Source: an uncultured Candidatus Saccharibacteria bacterium
Lineage (GTDB): Bacteria > Patescibacteriota > Minisyncoccia > 2-02-FULL-40-12 > GWA2-44-9
NCBI GenBank assembly: GCA_964356795.1
Contig: CAYHIK010000004.1
Coordinates: forward strand, 2,743-66,742
Reading direction: 5' to 3'
Length of the DNA: 64,000 bases
Of the stretch, positions 9,842-19,878 are shown in pieces. Position numbers and translations under genes: made by a program. How positions within the stretch are numbered: the stretch's first letter is position 1; every line of letters begins with the position of its first letter. Below the pieces are notes generated by a model. The model searched no databases, was not told the origin of the DNA, and saw nothing but the letters and a program-made list of their open reading frames with translations.

Positions 9842-10198
9842 ATGCGTACACGCCTACTCATTGGAATTATGTTAGTACTCCTACTCTCCCCCGCACTCGC
9901 ACTTGCGGCAAATGCGCCCGCCACTAACAGCCTCATCTCTCCCGTGGGAACGCTGGTCGCAGATCTGTATTCATTCTCCCTGAAAATTGTAGGCTTGTGC
10001 GTATTTGTTATGTTCTTGCTCGCAGGACTTTCAAAAATGATTCCCGCCCTTAAATCTCGTGTTGGCGACACAACCACCATTATTCAAAACGCAATCATCG
10101 GCACCGTACTCCTCTTCTCCGCGTATCTCATTCTCAATACAATCAATCCAGCGCTTGTGGGCAACCCGCCCGCCGTACTAAAGGTTCAGCGACCCTAG
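9842..10198 (+). CDS. Small membrane protein: signal peptide plus two TM helices (T4SS/conjugative pilin-like, VirB2/TrbC-like topology)
   Basis: MRTRLLIGIMLVLLLSPALALA|ANA signal, then two hydrophobic helices. Topology only, no sequence signature. Confidence 0.3.
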   Translation: MRTRLLIGIMLVLLLSPALALAANAPATNSLISPVGTLVADLYSFSLKIVGLCVFVMFLLAGLSKMIPALKSRVGDTTTIIQNAIIGTVLLFSAYLILNTINPALVGNPPAVLKVQRP

Positions 10199-10202
10199 TT
10201 GC

Positions 10203-10436
10203 ATGACCTACGCCATCCTTCTGGTGAGCGCACTCGGTCTCATCCTCTGGTCGGCGCCCATTCGAGACACAATTCAAAATCAATTCGGCAGTCTCGGAGC
10301 GCAACCCCAGATGATGACCCGCCTCCTCGAGCGTGCGAAAGAAGGCGTAGCACCACACATAGCAACCGCCCGAGACTATGCGATACGAACCACGAAAGCG
10401 CTTATTCGAGACGTCATCAATGACACGTTGAAATAA
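10203..10436 (+). CDS. Small membrane protein (hypothetical)
   Basis: 77 aa with an N-terminal TM helix; 4 bp downstream of the pilin-like gene; followed by a terminator. Confidence 0.3.
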   Translation: MTYAILLVSALGLILWSAPIRDTIQNQFGSLGAQPQMMTRLLERAKEGVAPHIATARDYAIRTTKALIRDVINDTLK

Positions 10437-10461
10437 TCAATACTTCGACACCGACACAAGA

Positions 10462-10490
10462 AAACCCCCGCTCAAGCGGGGGTTTTCTGT
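10462..10490. terminator. Bidirectional Rho-independent terminator
   Basis: aaaa-cccccgct-caa-gcggggg-ttttctgt. Confidence 0.65.
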
Positions 10491-10504
10491 ATGATGCCCT
10501 GACT

Positions 10505-11251
10505 CTAGAGCTTTGAATCGATGAGCGCCTTGAATGTAGAGTACGGCTGAGCCCCAACAAGCATTTCTCCGTTCACGAAGAAGCTTGGAGTTCCGCTCAC
10601 ACCAAATGTGGAAGCATCGGCGGTATCCTTATCCACGCGTGCTTCGTATTTCTTTGAGTCTAGGCACTGATTAAACTGTGCAGTCTTCACGCCAATCTGT
10701 GCAGCCCACTGCTTCAATTCTACAATGCCGTACTCAACAGTCCCGGTTCCTTTCTTTGCTTGCTCCTCATTTATCTTGTCATGAAATTCCCAGAATTTTC
10801 CTTGCTCCTGAGCGCACGCCGCGGCGAGCGCTGAAGGCTTTGCTGCGGCGTGAATTTGAAGAAGCGGAAAGTCGCGATAGATGAGGCGCACCTTACCGGT
10901 ATCGATGTAGTCCTTCTTTAGTTGTCCATAGGTCTCCGTCCAGAATCGCCGACAAAACGGACATTGGAAATCACTAAACTCAACGATGGTTACTTTTGCG
11001 TTTACATTCCCAAGCATTGGGTCATCATTACTAAACAACGTGCTCGGATCAGCAATCTTTACGGGCTCATCTTCGGCAATCTGATTATCCTGAGCCGCGC
11101 CATCAAGCGATGGAAGCCCCGACGCGAGCTGGCCATTTCCTGCGTACAATATAGATCCAGAAATCATAACGCCAGAAATGAGAACCGCCATCGGCACTGT
11201 CATCACAAAACTAGCTACGCGCGAGAGTGGTGTTTGTTCGTTTGAGTCCAT
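10505..11251 (-). CDS. DsbA-family thiol:disulfide oxidoreductase (membrane-anchored)
   Basis: CPFC active site in EFSDFQCPFCRRF; thioredoxin fold; N-terminal TM. Confidence 0.8.
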   Translation of the reverse strand: MDSNEQTPLSRVASFVMTVPMAVLISGVMISGSILYAGNGQLASGLPSLDGAAQDNQIAEDEPVKIADPSTLFSNDDPMLGNVNAKVTIVEFSDFQCPFCRRFWTETYGQLKKDYIDTGKVRLIYRDFPLLQIHAAAKPSALAAACAQEQGKFWEFHDKINEEQAKKGTGTVEYGIVELKQWAAQIGVKTAQFNQCLDSKKYEARVDKDTADASTFGVSGTPSFFVNGEMLVGAQPYSTFKALIDSKL

Positions 11252-11344
11252 GAAAGTATTCGTAATTACAGATACCAGTATATCGTGCTTTGAGCACTTC
11301 GCAAGCGTTACCGCGTCGACGTGAGTGACCCTGCCGCTGAAATG

Positions 11345-11770
11345 CTAATCGATACGCATAATATACACCGAAAGCGCGAAGAGAATACCGGTCATCGTTG
11401 CGGACACCAAGCAATACGGACACCACGCATTAATGATAAATGCCTGAACATAGATAAAGTAGAGCGTCGCAAGAACACCAGTGGTCACAATCCAACTCAT
11501 GACGTGCAAAATACGCCGATCACCCGTGTCGAAGAATGCAATAAGGAGAACGATGAGAAGTCCGTAGTAGAAGACGCCAAACGCAGCAACAGGAATTCCA
11601 GTAATCGTCGCATATGCGCTCGTAAGAACGGTTTCGCAGTTATTCAGGACTCCGCAGGGAGGAATCACACCTCGCACATGTTGCGCAGTAAGATACGCCG
11701 AGTCGGAGAAACCGACGAGAGCAGCGACCACGAAGAGCGTAAGCGCCCACTTAGGGAGTTTGAGCGGCAT
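11345..11770 (-). CDS. Vitamin K epoxide reductase (VKOR) family protein
   Basis: 141 aa, 4-5 TM. Conserved Cys pair in PPCGVLNNCETV and the CPYC redox motif. Confidence 0.75.
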   Translation of the reverse strand: MPLKLPKWALTLFVVAALVGFSDSAYLTAQHVRGVIPPCGVLNNCETVLTSAYATITGIPVAAFGVFYYGLLIVLLIAFFDTGDRRILHVMSWIVTTGVLATLYFIYVQAFIINAWCPYCLVSATMTGILFALSVYIMRID

Positions 11771-12554
11771 CGGGTGATGGGGTTACTTTTGCATTCACAA
11801 GGAACGCCTTGAACTCTTCATAGCTTGCAGGATGCGGCATTCGATTTCCATTTACAAAGAATGATGGCGTACTCGAAACGCCTGAGCGCTCACCAGCAGC
11901 ATACTGCTCCAATACACGCGCCTTTACAGCGCTACTATCGAGGTCGTCGGAAAACCGTGCGACATCTAAGCCAATATCCTTAGCGAATGCCATGAACCTT
12001 TCGCGAACTGCAGCGCTAGAGAGAGCAGACCATGCCTGCTGCTGCTCAAAAAGCACGTCGTGCATCTCCCAAAATTTACCCTGAAGTGCGGCGGCCTCTG
12101 AAGCCTGGGCAGCGAGCTGTGCGTGCGCATGAATACGCGCGGGCAATGGGAAGTTTCGATAGACTACGCGGAGAGAATCTTTAAGTTCAGGCTCATCGAG
12201 AAGTCGCTTCACGATGGGATAAAACGCAGCGCATGCCGGACACTGGAAGTCGCTATATTCAACGAGAGTCACCAGCGCATTCGATACACCCTTCGCGTGA
12301 TCATCCGCGCTCACGGGCACGCTCAACACACCATCGGTGACGGGAAGCTGAACCGAAGAGGAGAGACGAACCATTCCATAGGCAATAAGCGCAAGCGCCA
12401 GAAGTCCACCGCCCCATAGGAGAAATCTACGCACAGAACGGCTCCGTGACGGCGAGGAAACCCCGCGTTGTGAGCGTTCAAACTCTCGTCGCTCCCGCCG
12501 ACTCACATGGGTAGTAGATTTAGCGCTTCGATCCGATGGTGTATTCACATTCAT
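11751..12554 (-). CDS. DsbA-family thiol:disulfide oxidoreductase, second copy
   Basis: CPAC active site in EYSDFQCPACAAF; signal/TM N-terminus; 20-bp overlap with the VKOR gene. Confidence 0.75.
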   Translation of the reverse strand: MNVNTPSDRSAKSTTHVSRRERREFERSQRGVSSPSRSRSVRRFLLWGGGLLALALIAYGMVRLSSSVQLPVTDGVLSVPVSADDHAKGVSNALVTLVEYSDFQCPACAAFYPIVKRLLDEPELKDSLRVVYRNFPLPARIHAHAQLAAQASEAAALQGKFWEMHDVLFEQQQAWSALSSAAVRERFMAFAKDIGLDVARFSDDLDSSAVKARVLEQYAAGERSGVSSTPSFFVNGNRMPHPASYEEFKAFLVNAKVTPSPDAAQTP

Positions 12555-12650
12555 GATTTCGTAAATATACCATGACTTGTGAATCTGAACAGATACCTCC
12601 CAGCGGGCATGATGCTTTGTGAATTTACGATACAGAGCTACAATAGAAGT

Positions 12651-13652
12651 ATGAATATAGTTTTCTTTGAGACGATGCCAGGCGAGGCGGAGTTGCTCAC
12701 GCCGTTACTGCCTGAGGGTCACACAGTTTCCTTCTCTCCCGATACACTCTCCCTGGATACCCTATCGCAGGCAGCAGATGCTGACATCATTTCTGTATTT
12801 GTGAAGTCAGAAGTTCGCAAACCAATCATTGATGCCCTCCCGAATCTAAAACTCATCACCACACGCTCAATGGGCTTTGATCATATCGACGTAGCATACG
12901 CAAATACCAAGAACATCCACATCACCAATGTCTCCACATACGCGTCGCACCCCGTCGCTGAGTTTACCTTCGCGCTACTGCTCAGCGTTTCTCGGCGCAT
13001 TTACCACGCATACAACCAGCTCCGTGAGGGCACCAACTTCGATACTCGCGACTTGAAGGGGTTCAACCTCTACGGAAAAACGCTTGGCGTCGTAGGCACT
13101 GGTCGTATTGGAAAAAATGTCGTTCGTATCGCGCGTGGATTTGGAATGAATGTCATCGCCTTCGATACTCATCCCGATGAACAATTCGCCACAGAAACAG
13201 GCATTACCTACCATCCGCTCAATGAACTCGTCGCCGCATCAGATGTTATTTCAGTGCATGTACCCTACTCCAAAGAAACATTTCATCTGTTCGATGCTAA
13301 ATTATTTAGTTGCATGAAAAAAGGAGTTATCTTTATCAACACTGCTCGAGGTGAGGTCGTTGATACGCATGCGCTGATTATGGCACTTCGAAATGGCACC
13401 GTATGGGGTGCTGGCCTTGATGTCCTCGAAGAAGAACGTGCACTCCACGAAGAAGCACTCCGCATGGAGCGGCGTGATTCGAGTGTCGATTACGAACTCC
13501 TTACGGCAAACCACATCCTCATTGATATGCCCAATGTTATCGTGACACCCCATATCGCGTTCGAGACCCAAGAGGCAATGGAGGAAATTTGTCGCGTCAC
13601 CGCGAGTGCAATCCAGGCACACATCGCGGGATCACCTCAAGCATATCTCTAG
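12651..13652 (+). CDS. D-isomer-specific 2-hydroxyacid dehydrogenase (glycerate dehydrogenase/hydroxypyruvate reductase-like)
   Basis: NAD-binding GVVGTGRIGKNV; catalytic ...ARG..VD...L; start set at MNIVFFE. Confidence 0.8.
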   Translation: MNIVFFETMPGEAELLTPLLPEGHTVSFSPDTLSLDTLSQAADADIISVFVKSEVRKPIIDALPNLKLITTRSMGFDHIDVAYANTKNIHITNVSTYASHPVAEFTFALLLSVSRRIYHAYNQLREGTNFDTRDLKGFNLYGKTLGVVGTGRIGKNVVRIARGFGMNVIAFDTHPDEQFATETGITYHPLNELVAASDVISVHVPYSKETFHLFDAKLFSCMKKGVIFINTARGEVVDTHALIMALRNGTVWGAGLDVLEEERALHEEALRMERRDSSVDYELLTANHILIDMPNVIVTPHIAFETQEAMEEICRVTASAIQAHIAGSPQAYL

Positions 13653-13653
13653 C

Positions 13654-14910
13654 ATGCATCGCATACAAAACTACGAATCGCTCGCGCGGTCACCTGCTCG
13701 TCGCGATATGCTCGACATCGTCGAGGCGGGACTTACTGCAATTGATACTCGCCACATCATTCAGCAGTCAATTTCACGCGATGGAGACACGCTCCGCATC
13801 CTTGATCATACCTACGACCTCGCGAAATTTCGCCGTATCCATGTCATCGGATTTGGGAAAGCATCGTGCCAAGCAGCGGCAGAGCTTGAGCGCATCCTCC
13901 AAGATCGACTCTTCGGAGGTGTGGCGATAAGCAATCATCCGTCGGCATGCACCGTTGTAACCGTATGCGAAGCAACGCATCCGATGCCCTCGGCGCAAAA
14001 TGTTACACACTCGCAATCTCTGGTGGCATACTGTGAGCAAATCTCTACGGATGATCTCGTTCTTATTATTGTCTCAGGCGGTGGCTCGGCGATGCTCGCG
14101 TGGCCATCGTCGGAATGCGACCAGGGTATCACCCTCTACACAGCAGCGAATAAAAAGGGACTCCCCATTCTCGAGCTCAATACGGTACGAAAACATCTTT
14201 CATCGCTCAAAGGAGGCGGACTCGCGTCACTTCTTGCACCCGCACGCGTTGTAGGACTTATTTTCTCTGATGTGCCCGGTGCAACGCCAGATGTCGTTGC
14301 ATCGGGGCCAACGTTTATCGACCACACCACAGCTGAAGACGCACAGCACATCATCGATATGTATGATCTGGGCACCTACACCCTTACTGAAACACCGAAG
14401 AATCCAGACATCTTCAAGAATGTCGAGAACCTAATACTCCTTTCAAATGAAGCGGCATTGCAAGCAATGGCATCAAAGGCAAATTCACTTGGCTACGCAA
14501 CCAAAATCATTGCATCTGATATGTACGACACTCCGCAAGAGATGATCGGGCGATTTCTCAGTTCAGCTCAAACTCATACGGTTATCCTTGGTGGTGGTGA
14601 GGCGCGACTCATGGTATCCAAGAGTGGCACTGGAGGACGGAACGGACATGTCGCGCTCACCGCTGCTCAGCGAATCTCGGATGGTGCCATCTTTGCTTCA
14701 ATTGCGTCCGACGGTATTGATAATGGCTCGGATGCGGGGGCAATTGTTGATGCGTCAACGATACTTCGCGCATCTGACGCTGGATTTGATATTCAATTAG
14801 CACTGAAAGAATTCAATGAACGGCCCACACTCACCGCAACGAGTGACATCGTCATCACAGGACCAACAAACGCAAACGTGAGCGACCTCATGGCGCTTCT
14901 TATTCCATAA
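13654..14910 (+). CDS. Glycerate kinase (MOFRL/glycerate-2-kinase family)
   Basis: HVIGFGKAS, IVSGGGSAML, LKGGG motifs; starts 1 nt after the dehydrogenase stop (pathway pair). Confidence 0.7.
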   Translation: MHRIQNYESLARSPARRDMLDIVEAGLTAIDTRHIIQQSISRDGDTLRILDHTYDLAKFRRIHVIGFGKASCQAAAELERILQDRLFGGVAISNHPSACTVVTVCEATHPMPSAQNVTHSQSLVAYCEQISTDDLVLIIVSGGGSAMLAWPSSECDQGITLYTAANKKGLPILELNTVRKHLSSLKGGGLASLLAPARVVGLIFSDVPGATPDVVASGPTFIDHTTAEDAQHIIDMYDLGTYTLTETPKNPDIFKNVENLILLSNEAALQAMASKANSLGYATKIIASDMYDTPQEMIGRFLSSAQTHTVILGGGEARLMVSKSGTGGRNGHVALTAAQRISDGAIFASIASDGIDNGSDAGAIVDASTILRASDAGFDIQLALKEFNERPTLTATSDIVITGPTNANVSDLMALLIP

Positions 14911-14944
14911 AAATACCCCGACGCACATGCGCCGGGGTACACAA

Positions 14945-16900
14945 CTAGTCGTCGTCTTCAGGGCATCCGCAGTACACCGCGAAGCTTGCACCGCCACTGC
15001 CAGGAGTGCTCACCACCTGCCCATTCAGAGCATTCTGGACGAACTGGAAGTACTGAGCACCGCCCGAGCAATCCGCGCCGCCCCAGTGAATGACCGCCAA
15101 CCGAGCAGCCATCGTGAGTGTGTGCGAAGATCCGCTCAAGCTGTCATTCTTGCCAATATATTCCAGCCCATAGTGCCCGCAAATGTCCTCGGGATTGTTT
15201 CCGTTACCCCAGGGGTTTGGCTTGTAGCAACCGCTCACAGCCTGGCTGCCGTGATCGATTTCGCATGTTCGCTGAATCGTGAACGATTCGGTATCCGTGC
15301 ACGAAAGCTCGCCATCGTCGACCTTCAGCGTACAGCTGTGGCTTCCCGACGAGAGATCACTGAATGTGCGAAACCCGCCGTTACTGATAGCACCGTACGA
15401 TTCGCTGTCGCGCTTCATACTACCCGAACCGGGGTTTGTCCAGGTACCCGTGCACTTCGCACTCGTACCATCGACCGCTACCGAAACGGATGGGTTCACA
15501 TCGCCACACGAGCGCTCCTTTTGGGGAACTTCCTTGCTGAAATCCTTCTGAACAAAGCATTCAAGCTCCTCAGGACCATACCCCAATCGATACGTCGCGT
15601 TGAACATGGTGGAACCCGATCCATACGGCAGTCGATCCACCGTCGCAGGAAGCGTAGGAGTGAACGTACCGCCCGCAGGAGCAACCGTTCCACTCGTGAT
15701 CGACGCCTGTGTTGCGGTGAGCGACATGGCGATGTCACCGGTGATGACGGGGGCTTCGAAGTCTTCGCAGGTTGAGTCTCGAGGAGGAACCTTGATTGTG
15801 AGTTGCGCGGGGCAGCTCAACTGCCCGCGAACCACGTTCAGAGTAGCGGTAAAGGTCTGCGCGGTATTCTTCATCGTAAATTCATGCGATTTCGAGAACG
15901 GCGCACCGACCGACTCACTCGAGCCGTCGCCCCACTGAAGCGTCCCCGACGTCGGGGGCTCATTCCAGTTTCCCTGCAGACATGCATGGAACGTACTCGG
16001 CGCAACCGAAGTCGCGGAGTAGTCCCTACACGCACTAAGGCTCACGTTCAGATCAGCACACGAAGTCTGAATCTGATTCGAAACCTCTGCGCGCTGCTCA
16101 CAGTTCAAGCCACTCTGCTCGAACGTCGCGGTGACTTCGTACGTACCGTAGTCCCAGGTATGGCGAACGGATTCGCCGTTCTTGAGCTCCGCACTCGTAC
16201 CATCGCCGAAATTGACCGAGACCTTCTTGTTCGATTTGCCGTTTCGGAATGAAACGGAAACCGTTCTCGTCAGACCCTGTCCTTCGACGAAAAGCTGCAG
16301 GTCGTAGATATCGCACGATGGGCAGTCACGACCCGTGTCGATGACCTTTCCGATGACAGAAACCCCCAAGGGGCCCCAGGCATCGTCCAGCTGATACCGC
16401 CCGCACGCGTTCTCATCCGCCGTGAACGTGTACGTGGTCACACCGGTGTTGCCCACTGCAACAGACGTTGCGCCACTCACGAGCCCTGTGATGCCGCCAG
16501 GATTACTCCCAACCGCACCACAACCAGCCTGTGCTTCGTGGAAAATCGCGACGCGCGAGTAGATGTTGTCACTGGAGTTGTTGGCAAGGCCAACTTCGTA
16601 TTGAAGAACGTAGCCCTTTTCTCTCAACTCTTCCGGAGTCGTACACACCGTCTCACGATTGAAGTCGCTTCTGCGCTCGCAGATAGTAACTCCCTGATCA
16701 GTCCACGTGTGCACATTGCTCGGACACACGCTTTCTGCCGACACCGGAGTGGTAGTCGGCTTCACCGGCGAACTCGTCACCGCCTGAGAGGATGCGGAGG
16801 TATCAGGCGAGCTTGGCGTATCGAACGTCGAGCACGCCCACGTCGTCAGCATCGTGATCATCGTAAGGATCATCGCGATTCTGATATGTCGCGACCGCAT
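14945..16900 (-). CDS. Secreted Cys-rich protein with a PKD domain
   Basis: Signal peptide, then a Ser/Thr/Pro linker. PKD signature VNFGDGTSAELKNGESVRHTWDYGTYEVTA. More than 30 Cys. Confidence 0.5.
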   Translation of the reverse strand: MRSRHIRIAMILTMITMLTTWACSTFDTPSSPDTSASSQAVTSSPVKPTTTPVSAESVCPSNVHTWTDQGVTICERRSDFNRETVCTTPEELREKGYVLQYEVGLANNSSDNIYSRVAIFHEAQAGCGAVGSNPGGITGLVSGATSVAVGNTGVTTYTFTADENACGRYQLDDAWGPLGVSVIGKVIDTGRDCPSCDIYDLQLFVEGQGLTRTVSVSFRNGKSNKKVSVNFGDGTSAELKNGESVRHTWDYGTYEVTATFEQSGLNCEQRAEVSNQIQTSCADLNVSLSACRDYSATSVAPSTFHACLQGNWNEPPTSGTLQWGDGSSESVGAPFSKSHEFTMKNTAQTFTATLNVVRGQLSCPAQLTIKVPPRDSTCEDFEAPVITGDIAMSLTATQASITSGTVAPAGGTFTPTLPATVDRLPYGSGSTMFNATYRLGYGPEELECFVQKDFSKEVPQKERSCGDVNPSVSVAVDGTSAKCTGTWTNPGSGSMKRDSESYGAISNGGFRTFSDLSSGSHSCTLKVDDGELSCTDTESFTIQRTCEIDHGSQAVSGCYKPNPWGNGNNPEDICGHYGLEYIGKNDSLSGSSHTLTMAARLAVIHWGGADCSGGAQYFQFVQNALNGQVVSTPGSGGASFAVYCGCPEDDD

Positions 16901-16986
16901 GGGTTTCTCCTTTGTCTACTTGTGAATTGTGAATGAACAACATGCGCAACAGCACTACAATGTAGCGTCTTCGTGAATCACGTCAA

Positions 16987-18072
16987 GTGAAACTGTGCAA
17001 AAAAAGAAGTGATTATTCTCTCGATATGCGGTATACTCCCCCTATGAAGAGTAGCGTCCTAGAAACAGCGATTCTATCGGCGGCATTTATCGGAACGCTC
17101 ATTCTCGTCGGCATGATGATGCTTCCTTTTATCAACACGGTCTTTCTTGCCGCGATTTTTGCATTTCTTTTCTCAGGTTTATACCAACGACTCCTGCAGC
17201 ACATCCCCAATCGCACGCTCGCGTCACTCATCATCACAATACTCGTCCTCCTTGTCATCCTCATTCCACTCGCGCTTGTCGGATATCAAATCGCACAAGA
17301 AGCAACGAACCTCTACGCGTTTCTTCGCGAGCGCTCAGCGGGTGCCGATATTAGTCACATCCTCCAGCAATTCCAGGGCGTCACCGGCTCCCTCATACCC
17401 GCTTCGGCCATCGATGCATCCGCAGTGAGCGACCGCCTTCAACAGGTACTCGGATGGATTATCGGCAATCTCGGCACCGCATTCACGGGCATCACTCGAA
17501 TCATATTAAATTTCTTCTTTTTACTTCTCTTCTTTTACTATCTTACGAAAGATGGTGAATCAATGCTTGCGCGCCTCATAAAAGCATCCCCCATCACAGA
17601 CTCCCATGAACGTGAGATCCTCACGCGCATTCAAGGCTCAATCTCAGCGACAGTCCGAGGACAAGTGCTCGTTGCGGTCCTCCAGGGAATTGTGGGCGGA
17701 CTCGGGCTGGCATTCTTCAATGTGCCAAACCCTGCACTCTGGGGAACAATCCTTATGCTCGCATCGTTTATTCCTGTATTCGGAACGGGACTCGTACAAA
17801 TTCCCGCTATTATTTACCTTGTCGCAACACTCCAATACGCGTCTGCGGTCGGCCTCGGACTCTGGGCAATACTCGCGGTCGGACTACTCGATAATGTGCT
17901 TGGACCCAAACTCATGTCAAACGGCATCCACGTACACCCACTCCTCACCATGCTCTCCGTGCTTGGAGGTATCAGCATGTTTGGCCCCGTCGGCATCGTC
18001 CTCGGTCCCGTACTCACAAGCTTCCTCCTCGCCATCGGTGAAATTTTATTGACCCACGCACACCGGAGCTAA
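16987..18072 (+). CDS. AI-2E family transporter (PerM/YhhT-like)
   Basis: 361 aa, 8 TM. ...YLTKDGE...RGQ..VA..QG...G... is the family pattern. An internal start at MKSSVLE (17044) is possible. Confidence 0.8.
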   Translation: MKLCKKRSDYSLDMRYTPPMKSSVLETAILSAAFIGTLILVGMMMLPFINTVFLAAIFAFLFSGLYQRLLQHIPNRTLASLIITILVLLVILIPLALVGYQIAQEATNLYAFLRERSAGADISHILQQFQGVTGSLIPASAIDASAVSDRLQQVLGWIIGNLGTAFTGITRIILNFFFLLLFFYYLTKDGESMLARLIKASPITDSHEREILTRIQGSISATVRGQVLVAVLQGIVGGLGLAFFNVPNPALWGTILMLASFIPVFGTGLVQIPAIIYLVATLQYASAVGLGLWAILAVGLLDNVLGPKLMSNGIHVHPLLTMLSVLGGISMFGPVGIVLGPVLTSFLLAIGEILLTHAHRS

Positions 18073-18161
18073 CGACAAACATCATCCGGCCCGCCAAGCT
18101 TTGGCGATTTTTGTATGCGATTCTAGACATTTTATGAATTTTGTGGCATACTTAAACCCTC

Positions 18162-18866
18162 ATGGATTCTCCCACATTCCCGATGCGCATCAATAAATAT
18201 CTCGCTCTCAACCGCTATTCGACGCGTCCTGGAGCAGATGACCTTATCAAAGCTGGTAAGGTATTTATCAACGGAAAGCGCGCAGTACTTGGAGCAAAGG
18301 TTATGGAGCACGATACCGTTGAAGTTCGTGGTGCACCACAAAAGAGCTATACCTACATCGCGTACCACAAACCAATCGGAGTCATCACGCATTCTCCGCA
18401 ACTTGGAGAAGACGATGTTCAAACCGCAATCGGAAGATCAGACGTGTTTCCCGTTGGGCGGCTCGATAAAGGCTCGCATGGGCTCATGCTGCTCACCAAC
18501 GACGGCCGCGTTACTGACCGCCTCCTCAATCCCGCCTTCGCGCACGATAAAGAATACCTCGTCCGAACAACGGATGAATTACCTGCAAATTTCAAGCGAC
18601 GCATGGAGTCTGGTGTGAATATCGAGGGATACATGACGAAGCCCTGCAAGGTCCACATTATCGGAGAGCGCACATTTAAGGTGGTCCTCACCGAAGGAAA
18701 GAAACACCAAATTCGCCGTATGTGTTCGGCGCTCGATCAAACCGTCCGCGACCTCAAGCGCATTCGCATACTTAACATCGAGCTCGGCGAGCTCCCCTCT
18801 GGTCAGTATCGCCCTATTCAGGGAGCGGAATTAGAACGATTCCTGAAAAGTATCGGACTCGCGTAA
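18162..18866 (+). CDS. Pseudouridine synthase, RsuA/RluB family (S4 domain plus catalytic domain)
   Basis: S4 MRINKYLA...; catalytic VFPVGRLDKGSHGLMLLTNDG; HQIRRM. Confidence 0.85.
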   Translation: MDSPTFPMRINKYLALNRYSTRPGADDLIKAGKVFINGKRAVLGAKVMEHDTVEVRGAPQKSYTYIAYHKPIGVITHSPQLGEDDVQTAIGRSDVFPVGRLDKGSHGLMLLTNDGRVTDRLLNPAFAHDKEYLVRTTDELPANFKRRMESGVNIEGYMTKPCKVHIIGERTFKVVLTEGKKHQIRRMCSALDQTVRDLKRIRILNIELGELPSGQYRPIQGAELERFLKSIGLA

Positions 18867-18898
18867 TTACTGGAGGAGATATTTTACTATCCTCTCAA

Positions 18899-19309
18899 TC
18901 ATTGCAACGGCTTCTTCAAAAGACATACTGAATTGATGCAGTAGCGCTTTCCGCCCTTCTCTTTGGGACCATCATCGAATACATGCCCGAGATGCGAGCC
19001 ACACTTCTTACAACGAACCTCAGTGCGATGCATACCCAGCGTCGTGTCGGGAATAAGTTCTATGTGCTGAGTATTGAGAGGATCCGTAAAGCTTGGCCAT
19101 CCAGTTCCAGAATCAAATTTTGTATCAGATGAGAACAACTCTTGCCCGCATGCGGCGCACGCATACACACCACGTCCGTGGTCATTCCAGTATTCACCAG
19201 AAAACGGAGCCTCGGTTCCTCCTTCTCGCATAACCCGAACCTGCTCCTCGGTCAGTTTTGGTAGTGTCTCTGTATTACCCAAGGAATTCCAATAACTTAT
19301 ACACAACAA
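18899..19309 (-). CDS. msrB: Peptide-methionine (R)-S-oxide reductase MsrB
   Basis: SelR fold: two CxxC Zn motifs (CAACGQELF, CKKCGSHLGHVF) and the catalytic RYCINS. Confidence 0.9.
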   Translation of the reverse strand: MLCISYWNSLGNTETLPKLTEEQVRVMREGGTEAPFSGEYWNDHGRGVYACAACGQELFSSDTKFDSGTGWPSFTDPLNTQHIELIPDTTLGMHRTEVRCKKCGSHLGHVFDDGPKEKGGKRYCINSVCLLKKPLQ

Positions 19310-19483
19310 ATGCGGGCCATACGAATGCCTTCAAGAGACCGACAACTCCCGCGCCAAATGAGCTCGCCTGCCCGATAAAGTATACCGCCGCACCAATAAG
19401 TCCCATCCCATACACCGCGTCTGCAGGATTGTTTTTCATAACTCAGAGTATACCACTTAGGAATCCCAATGTTCAATAAAAAA

Positions 19484-19512
19484 AGCGGTGAGACTCAAGA
19501 GTCTCACCGCCC
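19484..19512 (-). terminator. Rho-independent terminator of the 19519-19878 gene
   Basis: Minus strand gcggtgagactc-ttga-gagtctcaccgc followed by TTTTTTTATT. Confidence 0.65.
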
Positions 19513-19518
19513 CCGCAA

Positions 19519-19878
19519 CTAGTCGTCCCTACGCTCGTCGACCTCCTTCAGGCCGAAGTTCTTACAGAACCCGCCCGTGAGGTAGGTGCTCCCGTAGAAC
19601 GTTCCAGTTCCTTCGGCATCCACCATCCCGCCGACCTGCGCGCGTCCCGTGAGACGAACCCCGTCCTTCAAACGAGCGGTCCCGAACACACGCGAACCCG
19701 CGCCCACATGAACCGATGGTTCGACATTGGCATCCTGACCGACCAACCCACCGCCGTTCTCATGCTTCCGGTACCACGTTCCATCCGGACCACGGTACCG
19801 ATACGGGCTATTCGCTCCAACGACGTAGCGATACGTCACTCCATCGATGACAACGTCTTCGTTCTTCTCGCTGCTCAT
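19519..19878 (-). CDS. Hypothetical protein with beta-helix/hexapeptide-like repeats
   Basis: 119 aa. VHVGAGSRVFGTARLKDGVRLTGRAQVGG; ATGA overlap with the upstream Fe-S gene (translational coupling). Confidence 0.35.
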   Translation of the reverse strand: MSSEKNEDVVIDGVTYRYVVGANSPYRYRGPDGTWYRKHENGGGLVGQDANVEPSVHVGAGSRVFGTARLKDGVRLTGRAQVGGMVDAEGTGTFYGSTYLTGGFCKNFGLKEVDERRDD

